Part shown: one piece after another, positions 9,629 to 14,565 of the stretch
Position numbering within the stretch: the first letter of the stretch is position 1
Layout of the letters: each line of letters starts with the position of its first letter
Origin: Fidelibacterota bacterium
GTDB lineage: Bacteria; Fidelibacterota; Fidelibacteria; Fidelibacterales; Fidelibacteraceae
Assembly (NCBI GenBank): GCA_034723415.1
Contig: JAYEOX010000055.1
Span: forward strand, 1-17,484
DNA: 17,484 nt
Direction of reading: 5' to 3'
Notes under the pieces: model-generated
Told to the model about the DNA's origin: nothing
The model's input: the letters and a program-made list of their open reading frames with translations, nothing else
Database searches by the model: none
Translations under genes and position numbers: made by a program

Positions 9629-9814
9629 ATGGCAAAAGATGTGTTGATTGTAGCTTCAAAATTAAAAAAATATCTGAAAGAAGAAAAAGGAATGCACACT
9701 GCAGGAAATGTTCCTGAAGTATTATCAGATGTTGTGCGTGAAATAGTTGATTTAGCAGTTGAAAAAGCTAAAAAAGATAGACGTAAAACTGTCAAAGACA
9801 GAGATTTTAGTTAA
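9629..9814 (+). CDS. Bacterial histone-fold protein (Bd0055/HBb-like singlet histone), 61 aa
   Basis: MAKDVLIVASKLKKYLKEEKGMHTAGNVPEVLSDVVREIVDLAVEKAKKDRRKTVKDRDFS. It has an N-terminal L(I/V)VxSKxKxx(L/I)K helix 1, an MxT loop, a long amphipathic helix 2, and the C-terminal histone signature RKTVxxxD. Strong RBS and a downstream terminator. Confidence 0.9.
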   Translation: MAKDVLIVASKLKKYLKEEKGMHTAGNVPEVLSDVVREIVDLAVEKAKKDRRKTVKDRDFS

Positions 9815-9833
9815 TAAATAATCTGGGAAATAT

Positions 9834-9871
9834 AAACAGAAAAGGTTTTAATTAACCTTTTTTGTTTTTTT
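9834..9871 (+). terminator. Rho-independent terminator of the histone gene
   Basis: AAACAGAAAAGGTT (9834-9847) pairs with AACCTTTTTTGTTT (9854-9867), with one G-U pair and a T-rich tail. Begins about 20 nt after the stop. Confidence 0.75.
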
Positions 9872-9896
9872 AATCTGCGTTTAGTATATTTACTAT

Positions 9897-9929
9897 TTTA
9901 GGAGAATAAGTTTGATTTATTCTCCTAAA
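9897..9929. other. Perfect 13-bp inverted repeat (possible second or bidirectional terminator)
   Basis: TTTAGGAGAATAA, 7-nt loop, TTATTCTCCTAAA, followed by TTTTT. Lies in the convergent histone/add spacer. Confidence 0.6.
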
Positions 9930-10007
9930 TTTTTGGTATTATAAAAATGAAAAAAACAATAATTAATCATGCAAAACAGATTATTGATGATAAATTGATT
10001 TAACAAC

Positions 10008-10051
10008 TAACCCCAATGAAATATTCAGCAAACTGAATTTCACAGGGCAGA
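10008..10051 (-). repeat. Small palindromic dispersed element, copy 1
   Basis: Minus strand reads TCTGCCCTGTGAAAT-TCAG-TTTG-CTGA-ATATTTCA-TTGGGGTT. Shares TGTGAAAT...ATATTTCA with 13302-13339. Confidence 0.55.
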
Positions 10052-10329
10052 CAAAAGCTAACGATAACTAACTTTTTTTATGTTTGTAACATATAAAATT
10101 TTTATTCACCGGATATCATTTAATAAAAACAACTCTTTGGCTGTCGGACTTTGCGCTTGAAATTACAGCCCCCAAACCATTATTCAAATTCATATAAAAA
10201 TAATACCTGTCATTTGTATGTGTTTTTTCTTGCATCACATTGCAAATTAATAAAAAAATTATTTAAATACTATAATAATAAATTCATTTTTCTAATTCTT
10301 TAAAATTCGAAGTTTATTAAAATAGGTGG

Positions 10330-11574
10330 TCAATTTCCAAGATAATCATCTGTAATTTTCTCGTAATAATCTATAATATCTCTTACATAGTTTCTTTTCT
10401 CAACATAAGAGCCATGATAGAAACATCTTTTAAATCCGTAAATAATTATATTCCTTAATTGTGCGGGAGTAATTTTCATCTCTTTAATAACAAGCTGTAA
10501 TTCTTTTGTCATAGTAGTATTAGAAATTAATCGGTTATCAGTATTTATAGTAATCGAAAGTTTATGATCTATCATTTTCCTTAAAGGATGATTTTTCATG
10601 CTACCTTTCAAATCGGGATTTGTCTGTAAGTTACTCGTAGGACAAATTTCTAATGTGATGCGATTATTTGCAATATATTCAGCAAGATTCAAAACATATT
10701 CTTTTGCATTATTTTTATTCTTTTCACTTACTACTTTCCCTTCATCAAATAAATAAAATCCATGCCCGATTCTATCTGCATGCAGATCAGTAATTGCTTG
10801 AAAAATTGATTCAGGCCCATAAGCTTCACCGGCATGAACAGTTTTACTTAAAAAATTACGATGAACAATATCATAAGATTGAATATGGTTATCAGCCGGA
10901 AAACCTTTTTCAGCTCCGGCAAGATCAAATCCAACTATTGGAATATCCGTCTCTTTGACCATTTTCGTTGTTGCTTTTGCCAACTCTTGCGATACAAGAT
11001 TTATTATTTCAAGTTTATCTGAATATTTATGATTTTTAAAAAATGATTTAAAGAACGGAGAAAATCTTTCATCACAAAACCGCATTGCACAAACGATTAT
11101 TCCATAATTAAATGGTGGTTCATCGCCAGTTATTATTTCTGGCCGAGAATTAAATTCTTTTTTTGCTCGTTCAAGTCCTTTCCAAACTGAATTCATTACA
11201 TCTTCAAAAGACATATCATTACTCATCAATGTTTGAGGAGCCAATCTCACTTCAATATATCGAACTCCCTCATTTTGATTGTCAATTGCCAGCTCATAAG
11301 AAACTCGCTCAATTGCATCTTTCGTTCTAAGTACAGCACATGTATAACTGAATCCTCTCAAATATTCATCAAGTGAATCATAAGAATCCTTGAAAACCTC
11401 CTTTCTCAGTCCGGCTTCTGTATAACTCGGTAATTTTATTCCATCTTTTTTTGCAAGTTCGATCAAAGTTGAAAGCCGCAATGATCCGTCTAAATGCAAA
11501 TGTAAATCGGTCTTAGGTATTTTCAATAAAAAATCTTTGTTGTAAAGTTTTTTTGTAAATTTGTTTTTGTTCAT
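10330..11574 (-). CDS. add: Adenosine deaminase family protein (amidohydrolase superfamily)
   Basis: PKTDLHLHLDGS (HxH Zn ligands), GVRYIEVR, GFDLAGAE, TVHAGEA, RIGHG, LEICPTSN and INTDN. Exact substrate is uncertain. Confidence 0.88.
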   Translation of the reverse strand: MNKNKFTKKLYNKDFLLKIPKTDLHLHLDGSLRLSTLIELAKKDGIKLPSYTEAGLRKEVFKDSYDSLDEYLRGFSYTCAVLRTKDAIERVSYELAIDNQNEGVRYIEVRLAPQTLMSNDMSFEDVMNSVWKGLERAKKEFNSRPEIITGDEPPFNYGIIVCAMRFCDERFSPFFKSFFKNHKYSDKLEIINLVSQELAKATTKMVKETDIPIVGFDLAGAEKGFPADNHIQSYDIVHRNFLSKTVHAGEAYGPESIFQAITDLHADRIGHGFYLFDEGKVVSEKNKNNAKEYVLNLAEYIANNRITLEICPTSNLQTNPDLKGSMKNHPLRKMIDHKLSITINTDNRLISNTTMTKELQLVIKEMKITPAQLRNIIIYGFKRCFYHGSYVEKRNYVRDIIDYYEKITDDYLGN

Positions 11575-11606
11575 ATTAAATCTCTCTATTAGTTAATAGT
11601 TAATAA

Positions 11607-11636
11607 AAAATAATGATATATTTTTACAATATCAAG
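11607..11636 (-). promoter_or_regulatory. Candidate sigma70 promoter of add
   Basis: Minus strand TTGATA, 17-nt spacer, TATTTT. The 14-mer CTTGATATTGTAAA is identical upstream of ppdK. Confidence 0.45.
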
Positions 11637-11763
11637 TAAATACTGATTTAGCGAATTGTAAAAATCGTTCAGATATTTAAACTCTAAATATTTAAAATGG
11701 AAAATTTGAAATAATCTGTAAATAATATATGCTTCATCATATTACAATCCGAAAATAACTTTA

Positions 11764-13176
11764 TCACAAAACCATTAACTTTATTTCTGTCATCTCTTCG
11801 ATAGAATATTTTACACCTTCTCTACCAAATCCGGAGTTTTTTACTCCACCATAAGGCATCTGATCCACTCTGAATGTTGGTGTATCATTTATAATTACAC
11901 CGCCTACTTCCAAATTTTCAAAAGCATATAAAATATTTTTCATGTCATTTGAAAAAACGCCCGCCTGTAATCCATAATCGGTATCGTTAACCATCTCGAC
12001 AGCATTTTTAAAATCATCAAACTTTTTTACCGTTACGATCGGAGCAAAAACTTCTTTACATTCAACTTTCATTTCAGATTTTGTCTCTGTTAGTATAGTT
12101 GCCGGAAAATCTATTCCTTCTCGTTTTCCACCACATAGAATTTTTGCGCCACCACTTACTGCTTCATTCAGCCATTTTTCTGCCCTGACTGCTTCCTGCT
12201 CAGTGATCATAGAATTCAAGAAAACATTTTCGTCTAATGGATGTCCGCTTTTTATTTCTTTAGCTTTTTTAACAAATTTTATGACAAAATCATCATAAAT
12301 ATCCTGATGCACATAAAATCTCTGAGTGTGAATACAAACTTGTCCCGCATAAGCAAAACCGCCCACAATCGATTTTTCTACGGCTTTATCAACATCGCCG
12401 GATTTATCGATTATAAGTCCTGCATTTCCACCTAACTCCAAACGAATTTTTTTCTTGCCACAAATATTTTTCAATCGCCATCCAATTTGTGGACTTCCTG
12501 TAAAAGTTATCATTTTTATTCGCGGATCTTTTATAAATTTTTCGATATTCTTCCCGGCACATGGCAAAACGGAAAACATTCCATCGGGAACATATTTCGT
12601 TATAATTTCAGCAAGAAGAAGAGCGGAGATCGGTGCCAATGAAGACGGCTTAATTATAATTGGATTTCCCACTGCAAGAGCCGGAGCTACTTTATGAGCC
12701 ACAAGATTTAAAGGAAAGTTAAATGGTGTTATCCCGAGAATAGGTCCAATCGGAAATCTTTTTACCAAAGCAGATCTGTTTTTTCCCTTTTCCGTAGTAT
12801 CTAAACTGAAAAATTCCCCTTCGATCCTTTTACACTCCTCTTTTGCAATCGTAAATGTTTGAATTGCTCTTTGAACTTCGCCTCTTGCAAAATTGATATT
12901 TTTTCCACACTCTAACGCCAAATTTTTAGATAGTTTGTCACTATTTTCTTTGATTTCCTTAATAATATTTTCTAAAATTTCTGCTCTTTGATAAACCGGC
13001 ATTTTTCTTGTAATTTTAAAAACCTGTTCTGCTTTTTTTATCGCATCTTCAATATTTTTTGTCTCAGCAATATTTACACTTCCAACTAAACTGTTGTCAT
13101 AAGGACATTTTATATCTAATTTTTTTGAACTTTTAACTTTATCATTCCCAAGAAAGAATGGATATTCATTTTTCAT
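11764..13176 (-). CDS. NAD(P)-dependent aldehyde dehydrogenase (lactaldehyde dehydrogenase/GapN-related clade)
   Basis: ITPFNFPLNL, KPSS, FTGS, LELGGN (catalytic Glu), AGQVCI (catalytic Cys), EVFAP, and RVDQMPYGGVKNSGFGREG. GGAGGAG RBS upstream. Confidence 0.93.
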   Translation of the reverse strand: MKNEYPFFLGNDKVKSSKKLDIKCPYDNSLVGSVNIAETKNIEDAIKKAEQVFKITRKMPVYQRAEILENIIKEIKENSDKLSKNLALECGKNINFARGEVQRAIQTFTIAKEECKRIEGEFFSLDTTEKGKNRSALVKRFPIGPILGITPFNFPLNLVAHKVAPALAVGNPIIIKPSSLAPISALLLAEIITKYVPDGMFSVLPCAGKNIEKFIKDPRIKMITFTGSPQIGWRLKNICGKKKIRLELGGNAGLIIDKSGDVDKAVEKSIVGGFAYAGQVCIHTQRFYVHQDIYDDFVIKFVKKAKEIKSGHPLDENVFLNSMITEQEAVRAEKWLNEAVSGGAKILCGGKREGIDFPATILTETKSEMKVECKEVFAPIVTVKKFDDFKNAVEMVNDTDYGLQAGVFSNDMKNILYAFENLEVGGVIINDTPTFRVDQMPYGGVKNSGFGREGVKYSIEEMTEIKLMVL

Positions 13177-13301
13177 AATTATTTAACTCCTCCATTTATT
13201 CATATTATTTAATTTACAATATTTTAAACATTTTAACACTTTATTTAAAATTATTTTTAACAATATTATCAGTTATTAAAAATATTTCATAAATAACATG
13301 C

Positions 13302-13339
13302 TTGTCTTGTGAAATGCAAAGCATATTTCAACGGAAGTT
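13302..13339 (+). repeat. Small palindromic dispersed element, copy 2
   Basis: TTGTCTTGTGAAAT-GC-AAA-GC-ATATTTCA-ACGGAAGTT. Same arms as the 10008-10051 copy, in the opposite orientation. Confidence 0.5.
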
Positions 13340-13491
13340 GTTTTATTCCATAAATCATATACATTTTAAATTTATAAAATAATATTAACAATTTTATTTG
13401 ATTTTAAATAATAATTTAATAAAATATTATTAATGTTAAAAAACAATGGAACATATTAACAAAAACAATAAATTATCAAAGGAGAGTGTCT

Positions 13492-14438
13492 ATGAAAAAA
13501 GTTATTTTAATGATTTTTATTTCCGTTACATTTTTATCAGCCAATGAAACATTTTTATCAACTACAGCTTCAACAACAAAGAATTTTCAGATTTACATTC
13601 ATCCACAATACACAAATGTAATGGAACATGTCGGAGTTTATTTCGGTTGGGATGCACAAACAGTAGATGACAAATACAGTTTAGATGAAAGCATGAATAT
13701 TTTATCAATAGATTATAGCATTGGTTACAAGAATACTTTTTTTGCAAAAGGACATTATTCAGATACTAAGGGCTTAAAATTGGGGAAATCTGAAAATGAT
13801 TTTTCAAATAATTGGTTTGATATTAATTACAAGTTTAAATTAAATGAGGGCTTTGCTGCATTAGTCTATTATTCACGATACAGTAAAAAACTTGATATAC
13901 CGAGAGAAATAACATTCGATGCAACAAATTCAAAATACTTAGTTGGAATTGGAGCCACTTCTTACGGATTAGCTAATATCAATTTCAGTAATCTTTCCAA
14001 AAGTGGAGTACATGGTATAATTTATCTCGGAGCAGGTTCTTAGTTTGGATGTCGGCTACAAATCCAAATATACCAAGGGAAATTATAGCAGATTGGGAAT
14101 TTATTGCCAAAAATGATTTTGGGTTTGTCTTTTTTATGGATATGGGCGGTATTTATAACAGTGGCAGATTCTATATTGGTGGGAAGTTAAAAGTTGGAGG
14201 ATTTTTCGCTGGAGAAGTTATTGTTAATGACGTAGATAAATCTGATGAAGTTATTACAGGGACTATTGCAATGGAAGCTGTAGCAGGAATGAATATAATT
14301 AAAAATCTCAAAGTTGGAGTGCATTGGAAACATAATAACGAAAACAACCGCAATGAATCCGATGAATACGATCAGGATGGTTCAAGTTTTTACAATTATG
14401 TTACAAATGTGTTTGTGGATTTCAACTTTTCGTTTTAA
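13492..14438 (+). pseudogene. Predicted outer-membrane beta-barrel protein split by a 1-nt frameshift near 14036 (pseudogene or sequence error)
   Basis: AAGGAGA RBS, then ATG at 13492 and a signal peptide (MKKVILMIFISVTFLSA). ORF1 stops at TAG 14041-14043. The ORF2 frame is open from 13992 and ends VFVDFNFSF (C-terminal Phe beta-signal). Adding one T (GGTTC to GGTTTC) gives ...IIYLGAGFLVWMSATNP... and a single 315-aa protein. Confidence 0.65.
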
Positions 14439-14468
14439 GTGTAAAATAAAACAATCACATTAAACATA

Positions 14469-14503
14469 AAAAACTTCCGAAATTATTAACTTCGGAAGTT
14501 TTT
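14469..14503. terminator. Bidirectional Rho-independent terminator between the convergent OMP gene and ppdK
   Basis: Perfect 13-bp inverted repeat AAAAACTTCCGAA / TTCGGAAGTTTTT with a 9-nt loop; A-tract on the left and T-tract on the right. Confidence 0.85.
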
Positions 14504-14565
14504 ATTTTACTACATTCTATTTCTTTGCGACTTCGCCTGCTCGTACAGGTGAGCGGGAAAATATT

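Noticed and set aside
9604..9795. 63-aa minus-strand ORF
   Set aside because: Antisense shadow of the histone gene, which has the RBS, terminator and a recognisable fold.
9947..10003. 18-aa ORF as a standalone CDS
   Set aside because: No adjacent RBS (the AGGAGA is about 40 nt upstream, inside a stem) and too short to support; noted only as part of the spacer finding.
11575..11763. Purine riboswitch upstream of add
   Set aside because: No recognisable purine aptamer core or multi-stem structure; the region is AT-rich and promoter-like.
13308..13331. Rex or CRP operator (TTGTGAA...) upstream of the ALDH
   Set aside because: Half-site spacing does not fit TTGTGAA-N4-TTCACAA or TGTGA-N6-TCACA. 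The similar copy at 10008-10051 lies between convergent genes, which favours a repeat element.
13486..13491. GTG start for the OMP gene given in the ORF track
   Set aside because: It abuts the AAGGAGA RBS. The ATG at 13492 has proper spacing and gives a typical MKK signal peptide.
14041..14043. TAG readthrough or recoding (pyrrolysine or alternative code) joining the two OMP ORFs
   Set aside because: The two ORFs are in different frames, so readthrough would not join them. TAG is a normal stop for lgt, asnA, DUF2723 and ppdK.
12241..14353. ORFs 12241-12435, 12455-12697, 13562-13747 and 14171-14353
   Set aside because: Antisense shadows of the ALDH and OMP genes.
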